A stretch of 64,000 nucleotides of DNA, taken from contig CBDBCZ010000019.1 of NCBI GenBank assembly GCA_965203295.1, forward strand, positions 1,152,001-1,216,000, given 5' to 3'. Shown piece by piece: positions 28,429 through 39,070 of the stretch. A model generated the notes under the pieces. It was not told the DNA's origin and did not search any database. It saw nothing but the letters and a program-made list of their open reading frames with translations. The first letter of the stretch is position 1. Each line of letters starts with the position of its first letter. This stretch comes from Nitrospirales bacterium. Lineage in GTDB: Bacteria > Nitrospirota > Nitrospiria > Nitrospirales > UBA8639. Made by a program: the position numbers and the translations under genes.

Positions 28429-29832
28429 TTACCTGGCCAGAGCCTTTTGGGTCGCTTGAGCTACAGCTGAGTCGGTCAGGTGGTCTTGGGTAAAAATCCG
28501 TAATTGGACCATATGGGCCGGTAGGTAATTAAAGAATTCCTTGAGTTTCTCTTTTTCCACTCTGTTGGTTGCCGGATCAAACACGAAGATTTGAAAGTTC
28601 CCCATGTTGAGTAGATTAAGCGGACGGGGATCTTTGCTGGCCAAATCAATTCGAAATGCCAATTGTTTTAGGTTCTTGGGAAGTGCCTTCCGAATACGGA
28701 TTTCCAGTGCCTGAGGGTCAATGGCCTGTCCTGTTTTGAGAGGACTCCAGGTCGGCAATAATTCAGTATAAGCGAGTTTCCACTTCACGTGGCGGCCCAA
28801 GATTTTTCCCCATTCTTCCCCCAGCCGCTGTTTTCTGGGATTTCGGTCCTTCGTCCATAAGCGTACGGCTTCAATTAATGAGCAGTCCGTCAAGGCGAGA
28901 TACTGATCCATATCATCAAGAGGATTATGAGGAAAAAGATATTCCATGGTGTCATGAAAGATTTCTAACAAATGCAGATCTATTGCCCTGGTCGTTCGAT
29001 GGTAGTAGACATTGGAGTAGAGATAGAGTCTGGCATTTAGAAACATTTGAAAAGCAGGGAGGCCTGTTCGATGAATCGTGAGCCCCTTCTGTGTAAAGAG
29101 GGAATAGTGAATAAGCCGAGTGATATCGACTGGTCCCACCGCGACCCCACACATATAGGAATCACGTAACACATAATCAAAGTTGTCTGCCGTAAAGATG
29201 CCTCCGATGATAGGCTGAAGCACGGTGAGCCAGCTGGGATATGACCGCGAGGGTTTGTGAGGATCTTTGAGGATCAGGAACGCGACATGTTCAGGATTGA
29301 GTTTTTCACCTGGAGAAAAAGGACCGGAAGGACTCCTTTGTATTCTTTGGATAAGAGGGCCTAGTTGGTCCTGAATGATGACTTGGCCTATCCGTTCGTG
29401 GGTCAATTCAAATGCCTTGAGAAAATGGTGGTCAAAAAAGTGACAAAATGGCCCATGCCCAATGTCATGGAGGAGAGCTGTGACGCGAAGCAGTTCTTCG
29501 ATATAGGGCCCTGAAGGAAGACTGGGAACAGTTTGTGCCAGTGTAGGATAGAGATGTTTCGCCAATCGACCGGCCAGATGCATCGCTCCCAATGAATGTT
29601 GAAACCGGCTGTGCTCGGCAGACGGATAGACCCAGCGTGCACTTTGAAGTTGATAGATGGAGCGTAAGCGCTGCATCCATGAGGAGTCGATCAGATCCTT
29701 TTCTGTCGTTTCGTGGCGGACGGGTGGAGAAGAAGGGACAGTAAAGTTGATGTATTGGTGAATGGGGTCGGCAATGAGTGAAAGGCCGTTATAGGGTGGA
29801 TGGAGTTCGGATCGTTGGAGGGTCATATGCAA
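28429..29832 (-). CDS. HD-domain phosphohydrolase (SAMHD1/dNTP triphosphohydrolase-like)
   Basis: HSRFQHSLG, LLHDIGHGPFCH, ADNFDYVLRD, VYYHRT. Confidence 0.9.
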   Translation of the reverse strand: MHMTLQRSELHPPYNGLSLIADPIHQYINFTVPSSPPVRHETTEKDLIDSSWMQRLRSIYQLQSARWVYPSAEHSRFQHSLGAMHLAGRLAKHLYPTLAQTVPSLPSGPYIEELLRVTALLHDIGHGPFCHFFDHHFLKAFELTHERIGQVIIQDQLGPLIQRIQRSPSGPFSPGEKLNPEHVAFLILKDPHKPSRSYPSWLTVLQPIIGGIFTADNFDYVLRDSYMCGVAVGPVDITRLIHYSLFTQKGLTIHRTGLPAFQMFLNARLYLYSNVYYHRTTRAIDLHLLEIFHDTMEYLFPHNPLDDMDQYLALTDCSLIEAVRLWTKDRNPRKQRLGEEWGKILGRHVKWKLAYTELLPTWSPLKTGQAIDPQALEIRIRKALPKNLKQLAFRIDLASKDPRPLNLLNMGNFQIFVFDPATNRVEKEKLKEFFNYLPAHMVQLRIFTQDHLTDSAVAQATQKALAR

Positions 29833-29901
29833 TAAGTTTTGGGCGAATCATACTCAAGCCGAAATGTTTCGACAACCTCACCAATCTCCGAACCTCCGAC
29901 G

Positions 29902-30369
29902 TCAGACTGCTTGATTTTTTCGGTACCGCGAAACAGCAATAAAGGCGAGTGGATACGCAAGAAGAGCCCCTGCGACACTCAGAGCCAATCCACCAACAGC
30001 AAAGGGTAACAGGTAGGGGAGTGCGATGTTGCCAATATTGTCTATCGTGAATTCATCCCAATTCAGCGGAAGGGTGTTTGATGTTCCCAGGAGATGGAAG
30101 CCTGTCCATAGCGTCATGGCAAGAATTGGGGCGATGGTCCATGGATTATTGACAAGTGCGCCTAAAAATACCGCTAAAAAATTAAGCCGGAAAATCCAAG
30201 CACAGAACACCGCTGAAAGAGTATGAAGTCCGTAGGTCGGGCTAAAAGCAATAAAAACTCCAATGGCAAAGGCGAGGGCCGTTCGATGAGGTGATTCCTT
30301 GAGATGTAAAACCTGGATGAGTTGTGAATGAAACTTCTCTCGCGAAAACATGCGGGTTGAGAATTTCAT
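29902..30369 (-). CDS. DUF2062 membrane protein
   Basis: SPHRTALAFAIGVFIAFSP, NNPWT. Start at ATG 30369 or 30351. Confidence 0.85.
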   Translation of the reverse strand: MKFSTRMFSREKFHSQLIQVLHLKESPHRTALAFAIGVFIAFSPTYGLHTLSAVFCAWIFRLNFLAVFLGALVNNPWTIAPILAMTLWTGFHLLGTSNTLPLNWDEFTIDNIGNIALPYLLPFAVGGLALSVAGALLAYPLAFIAVSRYRKNQAV

Positions 30370-30376
30370 GATGGAA

Positions 30377-31420
30377 TTATTTTGCGAAGTGATCGAAACT
30401 CCTCCGAAAGAGTTTTCGGTGGGACCCATCAGGAAGCTTGAGCCGAACACCTGCAGAGCCAGGGGTCATCTCACCCACACACGTGAGGGGAAGGTTGAGC
30501 CTTTTTGATAAGGTACGAACTTTATCTCGATGGTGAGGTGAAACCGTGAAGGCCAACTCATAATCTTCGCCTCCAGCGAGGCCTAATTGAAAGGGGTCCA
30601 ATTGATGGCCTGTGGAAAATGTTCGAAGTTGGGAGGAAAGAGGGAGAGCCTTCAGGTCGAGGAGCGCCCCAACTCGGCTCGCAAGACAAAGGTGGTAAAG
30701 ATCGCCTGAGAGTCCATCGGAAAGATCAATAGCCGCAGTCGCGAGCCCTTGGCGGCTGAGAGCCTGACCTAAGTGGACACGAGCGATTGGTTGCAGATGA
30801 CGATGGATTAAGAATCGTTCGATCGCATTTGGCTTCCTCGCAGGCCTTTTGCAGACTCGTGTTTTTAAGAGATGAAGGCCTGCGCACGAATCTCCGATTG
30901 TCCCAGAGAGATAGAGGAGGTCGCCCACCTGTGCGCCATCACGTCGAAGAGCATTGTGTTTGACTCCCTCTCCTATGACGGTCACCGTCAGAAAGAGCCC
31001 GGAAGATGAGGCGGAAGTATCTCCACCGATTAATTCTACGCCGAATTCTTGACAGGGTTTCATCAGTCCTCGGTAGAGGGTACGGACGTCGGTGGGCGTG
31101 AACGATGGAGGGATGCTTAAGGCGACGAGCCCATACTGCGGAGTTCCTCCCATAGCGGCAATATCACTCAGGCTCGATACCGTAGCCCGGTATCCCACGT
31201 CCTTCAATGATTCATAAGACAAATCAAAGTGGATCCCTTCGGTGAGTAAGTCGGTGGTGATCAGAAGTGTCCGTTGAGCATCAATTCGAATGATGGCCGC
31301 ATCGTCTCCGATCCCCTTCGCTACCGATCGGCTTGTCTTTCCGAACAGTTGATGAATGGCTTTGATGAGACCAAATTCCCCGAGATCCGAGAGAGATCTG
31401 AGGTGTGGGGAGGTCGGCAT
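30377..31420 (-). CDS. thiL: Thiamine-monophosphate kinase
   Basis: GEFGLI, GIGDDAA, SLSDIAAMG, GGDT, DLSDGL, GGEDYEL. Confidence 0.96.
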   Translation of the reverse strand: MPTSPHLRSLSDLGEFGLIKAIHQLFGKTSRSVAKGIGDDAAIIRIDAQRTLLITTDLLTEGIHFDLSYESLKDVGYRATVSSLSDIAAMGGTPQYGLVALSIPPSFTPTDVRTLYRGLMKPCQEFGVELIGGDTSASSSGLFLTVTVIGEGVKHNALRRDGAQVGDLLYLSGTIGDSCAGLHLLKTRVCKRPARKPNAIERFLIHRHLQPIARVHLGQALSRQGLATAAIDLSDGLSGDLYHLCLASRVGALLDLKALPLSSQLRTFSTGHQLDPFQLGLAGGEDYELAFTVSPHHRDKVRTLSKRLNLPLTCVGEMTPGSAGVRLKLPDGSHRKLFRRSFDHFAK

Positions 31421-31427
31421 ATGAGGG

Positions 31428-33905
31428 TTAAAAGCCTAGCGAAAGGCCCGTATTGAATGTGTTGGTCAGAGATCGGAGCTTTCCGCTTCCGCCGAGGGTT
31501 GCTGTAGCTCTTCGAGATGATTGGGAAGAGGTCTTGAACTTGGACTTGGCTTTTGGGGAAAGATGTAAGGCTGCGGGAATGACGTCGGCCATCGTCTCGG
31601 CAAAAATAAATCGAATGCCTCGCTTCAAATGATTGGGAAGATCATCAAGGTCCTTCTCATTTCTCTTAGGCAGAATAATCGTGGTCAGAGAGGCTCGTTT
31701 TGCAGCAAGAATTTTTTCTTTGAGCCCTCCAATAGCGAGCACTCTCCCTCGAAGTGTGACTTCACCTGTCATCGCCACATCCTGGCGGGCGGGAATATTG
31801 GCTAAGCTCGATGTCAGGGCTGAAGCCATCGTGATGCCTGCCGAAGGGCCATCTTTAGGTATGGCCCCTGCTGGAACATGAATGTGAATATCGGTGTGAG
31901 AAAAGATCTCGGGTTTAATGCCAAGATAACTGGCTTTGGATCGTATGTAGCTCAAGGCTGCTTGTGCTGATTCCTTCATGACATCTCCGAGCTGCCCGGT
32001 CAGGGTTAATTGTCCTTTCCCTTTCACCGCTGAAGCTTCTACACGTAACACGTCTCCACCAGTTTCGGTCCAGGCTAGCCCGGTAGTGAGTCCAATTTGC
32101 TGTTTTTCTTGTTCAAATTCCGGAATGAATTTGGGAACCCCTAAATATCGTTGAAGATGGTGATGCGAGACGATCGATCGTGTGGATTTGCCTTCGGCCA
32201 CTCGGCGAGCCACCTTTCGCATTACATTGGCGATTTCACGCTCAAGATTTCTGACTCCGGCTTCTCGTGTGTACTGCGAAATAATCTTGTGAAGGGTTTG
32301 GTCAGGAATTCGTATATGGGTGTCTGATATGCCGTGCTCCTCTTGTTGACGAGGAATGAGGTACTGACGAGCAATTCCCAATTTTTCTTCTTCCGTATAC
32401 CCTGGAATTTCAATGACCTCCATCCGGTCGCGCAGAGCGGAAAGGATAGGATCGATAAGGTTGGCGGTGGTAATAAACATCATGTTGCTGAGATCAAACG
32501 GGACGCCCATATAATGATCGCTGAAGGTATGATTCTGTTCTGGGTCTAACACTTCCAGCAATGCGGCTGATGGATCTCCACGAAAATCCATACCAACTTT
32601 GTCAATTTCATCTAACATAAAGACTGGATTATTCGTCCCTGCTTGCTTGATGCCTTGAATAATTCGGCCTGGAAGGGCACCGACATAGGTGCGTCGATGC
32701 CCGCGAATTTCAGCTTCATCTCTGACTCCCCCAAGGCTGATTCGGACAAATTCACGGCCAAGGGCTCGGGCAATCGATTTTCCCAATGAAGTTTTCCCAA
32801 CGCCTGGAGGTCCCACAAAACAAAGAATGGGTCCTTTCATTTTCTCTTTTAATTTTCGCACGGCTAAGTATTCCAGAATACGTTCCTTGACCTTTTCCAA
32901 GTCGTAGTGGTCCTCATCGAGAACTTTTGCTGCAGAGGGAATGTCTAAGTTGTCGGTAGAAGATTTGCTCCAGGGGATTTCGACCAACCATTCGAGGTAG
33001 GTCCTCACGGTCGCTGCTTCGGCCGTATCTGGGTGCATTTTCTCAAGACGTTTGAGTTGTTTCTCGCCTTCCTTGAGCACTTTTTGTGGCATATTGGATT
33101 CTTGGATTCGCTTTCGAAATTCCGCGGCTTCTTCAGCTCGTTCATCCAGTTCTCCGAGCTCCTTTTGAATAGCCTTCAGCTGCTCACGTAGGAAGTATTC
33201 ACGCTGAGTTTTATCAATTTCCCCCTTGGCTTCTGCTTGAATTTTTTGCTGTATGGAGAGAATTTCGCCTTCGTTGGCCAAGATTTCACTGACCCGTTTC
33301 AGACGGGTAATCGGATCTTCGACCTCTAATATCTCCTGAGTGACATCTACTTTCAGGCCGATATTGGAAATAATGATATCAGCTAAACGCCCAGGGTCAT
33401 CGAGGTTCTCAATGACAATCATCACGTCTGGCATTAAGACTTTGCCGAGGCTCATCAGCCGTTCAAGAGATTCTTTCGCCATACGAATGACGGCCCCAGC
33501 TTCCAATGTTGGAGGAGAAGATGACGTTCCTTGTATCTTCTCAATTTTCACGGAAAAGAAGGGCTCGGATTGAATGAATTCGGTAATTCTTGCCTTAGCG
33601 AGACCCTGAACCAGAATTTTAATGCGCTCGTCAGGAAGCTTCAGTTGCCGCATGATGACCCCGACGGTACCCATGGTAAAAATATCATCAGCTTGGGGAT
33701 TTTCAGTGTCGTGGGTTTTTTGTGCGGCTAAAAACACTAACCGATCGCCTTCCAAGGCGGTTTCAATGGCTTTGACAGACATCTCTCGACCGACAAAGAG
33801 GGGCAAAACCATGTAGGGGAACACGACGAGATCCCGTACTGGGATAAGAGGAAGCTGGTCAGGGATTTCTATCTGTTGGGGATCTACAGATATGTCCTTT
33901 TCCAT
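31428..33905 (-). CDS. lon: ATP-dependent Lon protease
   Basis: GPPGVGKTS Walker A, LDEIDK, PKDGPSAG catalytic Ser, IGGLKEK. Confidence 0.98.
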   Translation of the reverse strand: MEKDISVDPQQIEIPDQLPLIPVRDLVVFPYMVLPLFVGREMSVKAIETALEGDRLVFLAAQKTHDTENPQADDIFTMGTVGVIMRQLKLPDERIKILVQGLAKARITEFIQSEPFFSVKIEKIQGTSSSPPTLEAGAVIRMAKESLERLMSLGKVLMPDVMIVIENLDDPGRLADIIISNIGLKVDVTQEILEVEDPITRLKRVSEILANEGEILSIQQKIQAEAKGEIDKTQREYFLREQLKAIQKELGELDERAEEAAEFRKRIQESNMPQKVLKEGEKQLKRLEKMHPDTAEAATVRTYLEWLVEIPWSKSSTDNLDIPSAAKVLDEDHYDLEKVKERILEYLAVRKLKEKMKGPILCFVGPPGVGKTSLGKSIARALGREFVRISLGGVRDEAEIRGHRRTYVGALPGRIIQGIKQAGTNNPVFMLDEIDKVGMDFRGDPSAALLEVLDPEQNHTFSDHYMGVPFDLSNMMFITTANLIDPILSALRDRMEVIEIPGYTEEEKLGIARQYLIPRQQEEHGISDTHIRIPDQTLHKIISQYTREAGVRNLEREIANVMRKVARRVAEGKSTRSIVSHHHLQRYLGVPKFIPEFEQEKQQIGLTTGLAWTETGGDVLRVEASAVKGKGQLTLTGQLGDVMKESAQAALSYIRSKASYLGIKPEIFSHTDIHIHVPAGAIPKDGPSAGITMASALTSSLANIPARQDVAMTGEVTLRGRVLAIGGLKEKILAAKRASLTTIILPKRNEKDLDDLPNHLKRGIRFIFAETMADVIPAALHLSPKAKSKFKTSSQSSRRATATLGGSGKLRSLTNTFNTGLSLGF

Positions 33906-34142
33906 GGGTATGCTTCACCAGTCTAAGGAGAATGAAGAAATCAAAAGGAGTTCTTGAAAATTTGAGTTTATCGAAGATCAACTCATGAATTGGCAAACTG
34001 ATAATGGCATTGAGGGGCTTGTCCAGATTTCATCAAACAAGCCCCAATTTTGAATGTTTCTGCATTCCCCAGTTTGTGAGGAAACCTTACGACACCATGA
34101 GTTGTTCATTGGGATGAATAGAGTTCGTTAACAGAGAAATCG

Positions 34143-34172
34143 ATAGTATGAAATGGGTAAAATGAAAGTCAA
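34143..34172 (-). promoter_or_regulatory. Putative sigma70 promoter of the lon operon
   Basis: TTGACT-N18-TACTAT on the minus strand. Confidence 0.45.
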
Positions 34173-34200
34173 GGAAAGGTTGAAGGCGGCTTCCTGCTTC

Positions 34201-34229
34201 TTTACAAGTCCTTGAATGGCCTTTATAAT
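34201..34229 (+). promoter_or_regulatory. Putative sigma70 promoter of the bamA-lpx cluster
   Basis: TTTACA-N17-TATAAT. Confidence 0.55.
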
Positions 34230-34573
34230 CGCTCATTCTTGGGAATGTCTACAAAAGAACCATCTCATGTAGTGTTTCGTAAGTAGGTTTACGTTTTCTG
34301 TTTATCCTCAACTTTTTGAAATGCAAACAATTGCATCTGGGTTCGCCAGAGTTGATTCCTTCATCAGTGATGCAATGGAGAAAATCTCAGTAAAATCAGA
34401 GGTTTTGCCCTCTTCAAGTCGGACAAGAACTAAGGTGAAATACGACGCGAGCAAGGGTTCAGTAAGATTTTCCCTTAGGTTGTTGTCTTTCTTTCTCAGG
34501 ACTCACCCCGTGCCATTTTCTTTATCAGATCCAAGGCTCTTTATTGTATTCAGTTCTGCAACGGTAGGAATTC

Positions 34574-36940
34574 ATGCCGGAATTCCCAGGCCTTGAAAAG
34601 GGTCGAAGGTCAAGATCTGTCAAAATGACCCTATCACGGAGGCCTATGATAGTCCGGTTTGAAACCAACCTGGGGAGTTGGTTCTGCTTTCTCCTAACAT
34701 GTGTGCTCTGTTTGATTTCGATCCTTTTCCCCGGTGAAGGGAGTGCTCAAGATTCGAGTTCAAAAGTTCAAGCTATTGAGATCTCCGGAAATCAACGGAT
34801 TGAAAGCACCGCTATTGTGGGACGTCTGACATTGGAAATTGGTGACCTTGTGACGCAAGCGACACTCAAAGAGCAGATTCGGAACATTTATCAAATGGGG
34901 TTTTTTGATGATGTTCAAGTTCAAACCGAACCCATTGCTCAAGGAACCAAAGTACGGTTTTTGGTCAAAGAAAAACCTTTTACGGTCGACATCGTTTTTG
35001 ATGGGAACGATCATTTGTCTGATGATAAACTCCAAGAGGTTATTACGTTACGGAGCCAAGTTTTCTTGGATCAACAACAAGTGAAGATCAGTGCCGAAAA
35101 AATCCGAGAAGCCTACCGGAATGATGGATATCATAAGTCCGAGATTATCCCGATTGTTGAGGCGTTGGATGATACTCGAGACCGGATTACGTTTTTCATT
35201 CGGGAAGGAAATCAAGCGCGAATCGACGCAATAAATTTTATCGGACTGAACGTGGTCAAGAAAGACGCTCTTGTGGATGTGATGGCTAATCGAGAATACG
35301 TTCCTATTATTTCATGGATTACGGATGCCGGTGTGTTTCGTCAAGAAGAAATACCCAATGATGTTGAACGGATTAAAGAGTTCTATGCGAATAGAGGGTA
35401 CTTGGATATTCAAGTTGGGATACCCAATGTGGAGCTGAGTGGAGATAAAGAATCGTTTACGTTAACTTTTCCAATCGCTGAAGGACAGCCCTATACCGTG
35501 AGTGGTGTAGAATTTAAAGGGAATACGCTCTTTGAGAATGAAGAACTTGCGGTTAGCCAATCCATTGTGCCTGGAGATGTTTTTCAACGGGCAAGGGTCC
35601 GGTCGGAAATTGGGAGAATTACGGACCTCTATGGAGAAAAAGGGTACTCTTTTGCAGAGGTGACCCCCACTATTTTACCTAATCCCAAAAATCTGACGAC
35701 TTCGGTGACCTTCACCATTAAAGAAGGGTCTTTGATTCGTGTGCGAGAAATTCGGATTTCCGGAAATGACAAAACCCGGGATAATGTGATTCGTCGTGAG
35801 TTACGAGTCGATGAGCAATCAGTCATCGACTCGGTGAGAATTAAACGGAGTTTTCAACGCTTGAACAACTTGAATTTTTTTGAAACGGTGGAAATTCTTC
35901 CCCAGCAAGTGGAAGAAGATAAGGTCGATCTCGATGTGAAGGTCAAAGAAAAACCCACGGGATCCTTTAGTATTGGTGGTGGGTTCAGTACTTTGGATCA
36001 ATTCACGTTGATCGCCAATGTCACAGAGGCGAATTTGTTTGGGTTGGGTTACCTTGTCCGTGTCCGTGGACAATTAGGAGGACGTCGGACCATTGGGGTA
36101 CTGACCTTCCGAAATCCGGCGTTGTTTGATGGCCCTACGTTTTTTCAGGCCGATGCGTTTAGCACGGAAACCGATTTTTTAACGTATGAACAAGAAACAC
36201 GAGGAGGAACTCTGAGAGTGGGCCGTTCCCTATCGGAATATATTCGGGGTTCCGTGACTCTGCTTGCGGAGGAAATTACCATTAAAAATCCTTCTTCCGA
36301 TGCTGGGCCAACTATCGAAGCCCAGCTGGGAGACCAGTCGACGACTGGATTCCGGGCCAATATCATGCGGGATACCCGCGATAACCTCATCGATCCACGG
36401 ACTGGACTCAGAACTAGACTGCGCGTGGGTTTTGGAAGCAGTATATTCGGTGGGACGAATGACTTTTATAGTTTTTCCTTGGATGCCTTGAAATACATTC
36501 CCTTTCCATTTTTGGATCTCCGTTGGGCCACGAGGGGGCGCTTTGGTATTGCAGAAGGATATAGTGGAGACGATGTTCCGCTAACAGAATTGTTCTTTGT
36601 TGGGGGCATTAATACGGTTCGAGGGTTTAAATTTGGTCGAGCAGGCCCTGTGACCACTGGCGGAACTTTGTTAGGAGGAACTAAGCAGATCATTTTCAAT
36701 AACGAGTTGATCTTTCCGATTTTGCCTGATGCTAAACTAAGCGGCGTGTTGTTCTTTGACTACGGAGAAGGATTGGCCAAAGGCCAAGATCTGACTTTGG
36801 ATCTCCGAGCAGGGACAGGACTTGAAGTCCGATGGGTTTCACCATTTGGTCCCCTTCGGGGCGCCTGGGGAATTAATTTGGATCCTCGTGGCGACGAAGA
36901 TAGTACAGTCTTTGAATTTTCAGTCGGGAACGTGTTCTAA
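34574..36940 (+). CDS. bamA: Outer membrane protein assembly factor BamA
   Basis: POTRA repeats, GNDKTRDNVIRRE, VRGF motif, terminal FSVGNVF. The true start may be a later ATG. Confidence 0.97.
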   Translation: MPEFPGLEKGRRSRSVKMTLSRRPMIVRFETNLGSWFCFLLTCVLCLISILFPGEGSAQDSSSKVQAIEISGNQRIESTAIVGRLTLEIGDLVTQATLKEQIRNIYQMGFFDDVQVQTEPIAQGTKVRFLVKEKPFTVDIVFDGNDHLSDDKLQEVITLRSQVFLDQQQVKISAEKIREAYRNDGYHKSEIIPIVEALDDTRDRITFFIREGNQARIDAINFIGLNVVKKDALVDVMANREYVPIISWITDAGVFRQEEIPNDVERIKEFYANRGYLDIQVGIPNVELSGDKESFTLTFPIAEGQPYTVSGVEFKGNTLFENEELAVSQSIVPGDVFQRARVRSEIGRITDLYGEKGYSFAEVTPTILPNPKNLTTSVTFTIKEGSLIRVREIRISGNDKTRDNVIRRELRVDEQSVIDSVRIKRSFQRLNNLNFFETVEILPQQVEEDKVDLDVKVKEKPTGSFSIGGGFSTLDQFTLIANVTEANLFGLGYLVRVRGQLGGRRTIGVLTFRNPALFDGPTFFQADAFSTETDFLTYEQETRGGTLRVGRSLSEYIRGSVTLLAEEITIKNPSSDAGPTIEAQLGDQSTTGFRANIMRDTRDNLIDPRTGLRTRLRVGFGSSIFGGTNDFYSFSLDALKYIPFPFLDLRWATRGRFGIAEGYSGDDVPLTELFFVGGINTVRGFKFGRAGPVTTGGTLLGGTKQIIFNNELIFPILPDAKLSGVLFFDYGEGLAKGQDLTLDLRAGTGLEVRWVSPFGPLRGAWGINLDPRGDEDSTVFEFSVGNVF

Positions 36941-37020
36941 AAACTCGCATCAATACGGCTTCGTTCCTTAAGGTTTTCAAAACCAAAAGATCAAAATCCC
37001 TAGAGGAATGATATTGAAAA

Positions 37021-37599
37021 ATGTATAGCCTAGAGCAGGCATATCGCTGGGGCCAGGTCGCTCTGGTCCTTGGAGTGGGATTTCTGCTTGCCGTGTCAGG
37101 GTGTAAGTCTTCACCTTCAACCCCTTCTTCGAATAGCGAAATGTCGAATGCGAAAATTGGGGTGGTGGATAGCCAACGCCTGCTTGGGCAGACCAGGGTT
37201 GGGAAACAGGTGAATGAATCTCTCAATCGTTTCATGACGGATCGTCAAGCGTTGATTGATTTGGAACAAAAGGAACTTCGGGAGATGGAAAGTGCGCTCT
37301 TACGGCAGGGAAGTGTTCTCACTGCCTCAGCCAAAAAACAGCGGGAACAGCAGTTTCGTCGAAGAATGATGGAATATCAGCAGAAGGTTGGTGATCTCAA
37401 TCGTGAGGTTCAGGCAAAGCAAGCCGAGTTGCTTGGTGAATTTCATGTCAAGGTTGAAGAGGTTGCGACTGTCGTAGCCGAAAAACATGGGTTGGATATT
37501 GTGCTGGAAAAAGGTCCCAATACGACGACCCGGTATTACCGCCCAAGCTTGGACATCACGGATGAAATTCGTCAGGAAATGGACGCGGAAAGACCCTAG
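37021..37599 (+). CDS. skp: OmpH/Skp periplasmic chaperone, possibly lipid-anchored
   Basis: KIGVVD, coiled coil, DITDE; lipobox-like VSGC; follows bamA. Confidence 0.85.
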   Translation: MYSLEQAYRWGQVALVLGVGFLLAVSGCKSSPSTPSSNSEMSNAKIGVVDSQRLLGQTRVGKQVNESLNRFMTDRQALIDLEQKELREMESALLRQGSVLTASAKKQREQQFRRRMMEYQQKVGDLNREVQAKQAELLGEFHVKVEEVATVVAEKHGLDIVLEKGPNTTTRYYRPSLDITDEIRQEMDAERP

Positions 37600-37705
37600 A
37601 GAATGATCGATGGTCAAGAATGAGCAGCATTGTGTCGAACGACATCTAACACAGACGATGCTGTGATGTTTTTGTGACAAGAGAAAGAAGGGAGGGGAAA
37701 GGATC

Positions 37706-38167
37706 ATGTCAGAAGAGGCGGTAAAAATAGAGTCCAGCGAAATTCGAGAGATTTTGCCTCACCGTTACCCTTTCCTTTTTGTTGATCGTATTGTGGAACT
37801 TGAACTCAATCGCCGAATTGTTGGAATAAAGAATGTGACGATTAGCGAGCCATTTTTTCAGGGACATTTCCCAGGACTTCCGGTTATGCCTGGAGTCTTA
37901 ATCCTTGAAGTATTGGCTCAAGTAGGAGGTGTGTTAGCCTTTAAGTCTTCTCCTGGCAAAGGAAAACTGTCTGTCTACCTTACTGGTGTCGATAAGGCGA
38001 AATTTCGAAAACCCGTGATTCCTGGTGACCAGCTTCGATTGGAGGTGGACGTTTTGCAGCGAAGGGACCCCTTTTGGAAGATGCAGGGTCGTGCTTTGGT
38101 CGAAGGAAGCCTTATTTGTGAAGCTGAGCTCAAAGCTATGGTCAATGAAGAACCATCGAAGACCTAA
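37706..38167 (+). CDS. fabZ: 3-hydroxyacyl-ACP dehydratase
   Basis: LPHRYPFLFVD, FFQGHFP, MPGVLILE. Confidence 0.97.
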   Translation: MSEEAVKIESSEIREILPHRYPFLFVDRIVELELNRRIVGIKNVTISEPFFQGHFPGLPVMPGVLILEVLAQVGGVLAFKSSPGKGKLSVYLTGVDKAKFRKPVIPGDQLRLEVDVLQRRDPFWKMQGRALVEGSLICEAELKAMVNEEPSKT

Positions 38168-38220
38168 GCGAGTCGTCCAATAATTGTTGATACCGAAGCC
38201 TCTATGTTCTTGGAGACGAT

Positions 38221-39054
38221 GTGGTTATGAAACGCGCCTCAGTTCACATGCACCCAAGTGCAGTGGTTCACCCCAAAGCTGAGATAGGGGAGGAAGTCGT
38301 TATTGGGGCTTTTACCTGTGTTGGAGAACATGTCCGAATCGGTCGAGGGACTCATATCGAATCCCATGTGTCAATTGAAGGATGGACGGAAATTGGTGAA
38401 CAGTGCCATGTTTTCCCGTTTGTGTCGATCGGTGCACCCCCTCAACACCTTCAATATCGCGACGAACCTACTCGTGTGATCATAGGAAATGACAATATTC
38501 TCCGGGAATATGTCACCATCAATCGAGGGACGGCGTTTGGAGGAGGGCATACCACTCTCGGGCATCATAATTTCTTGATGGCGTATGTTCATATTGCCCA
38601 TGATTGCCAACTTGGCAATCATGTGATTATGGCGAATGCGGCGACATTAGCTGGCCATATTACAATCGGGAACCATTCAGTGATTGGTGGCTTAGTAGGG
38701 ATTCATCAATACGTGCGGATTGGTGACTTTGCCATGGTTGGAGGATGTTCTGCCGTTGGGCGTGACGTGCCACCTTTTATGCGGGCTGCTGGTAGCCGTG
38801 GGTCGTTCTTGTATGGAGTGAATTCGATTGGCTTGCGGCGAGAGGGGTTTTCTCCTCAACGAATTCGCGTGTTAAAAAAGGCCTATCAGTTGCTATTCCG
38901 GAAAGGGCAACGACTTGCGGAAGCGACGAAATTGGCTCGCTATCAGTTCCAGGAAAGTCCGGATGTCTTGTTTTTGCTCAACTTCCTGGAACGTTCAACG
39001 AGGGGAACCTGCCGTGCGGCTCGAAAGGGGTTGGACGATGATGAGGAATTGTAG
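38221..39054 (+). CDS. lpxA: Acyl-ACP:UDP-N-acetylglucosamine O-acyltransferase
   Basis: Hexapeptide repeats, REYVTINRGT, HIAHDC, IHQYVRIG. Confidence 0.96.
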   Translation: MVMKRASVHMHPSAVVHPKAEIGEEVVIGAFTCVGEHVRIGRGTHIESHVSIEGWTEIGEQCHVFPFVSIGAPPQHLQYRDEPTRVIIGNDNILREYVTINRGTAFGGGHTTLGHHNFLMAYVHIAHDCQLGNHVIMANAATLAGHITIGNHSVIGGLVGIHQYVRIGDFAMVGGCSAVGRDVPPFMRAAGSRGSFLYGVNSIGLRREGFSPQRIRVLKKAYQLLFRKGQRLAEATKLARYQFQESPDVLFLLNFLERSTRGTCRAARKGLDDDEEL

Positions 39055-39070
39055 AGGAACAGAATCATAA

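Noticed and set aside
19071..29832. PHP and HD genes as an anti-phage defence system
   Set aside because: They are ~8.5 kb apart, each in a housekeeping operon, with no ATPase or effector partners and no compositional anomaly.
34321..34596. 91-aa ORF upstream of bamA
   Set aside because: No clear RBS or motif, so not supportable as a gene.
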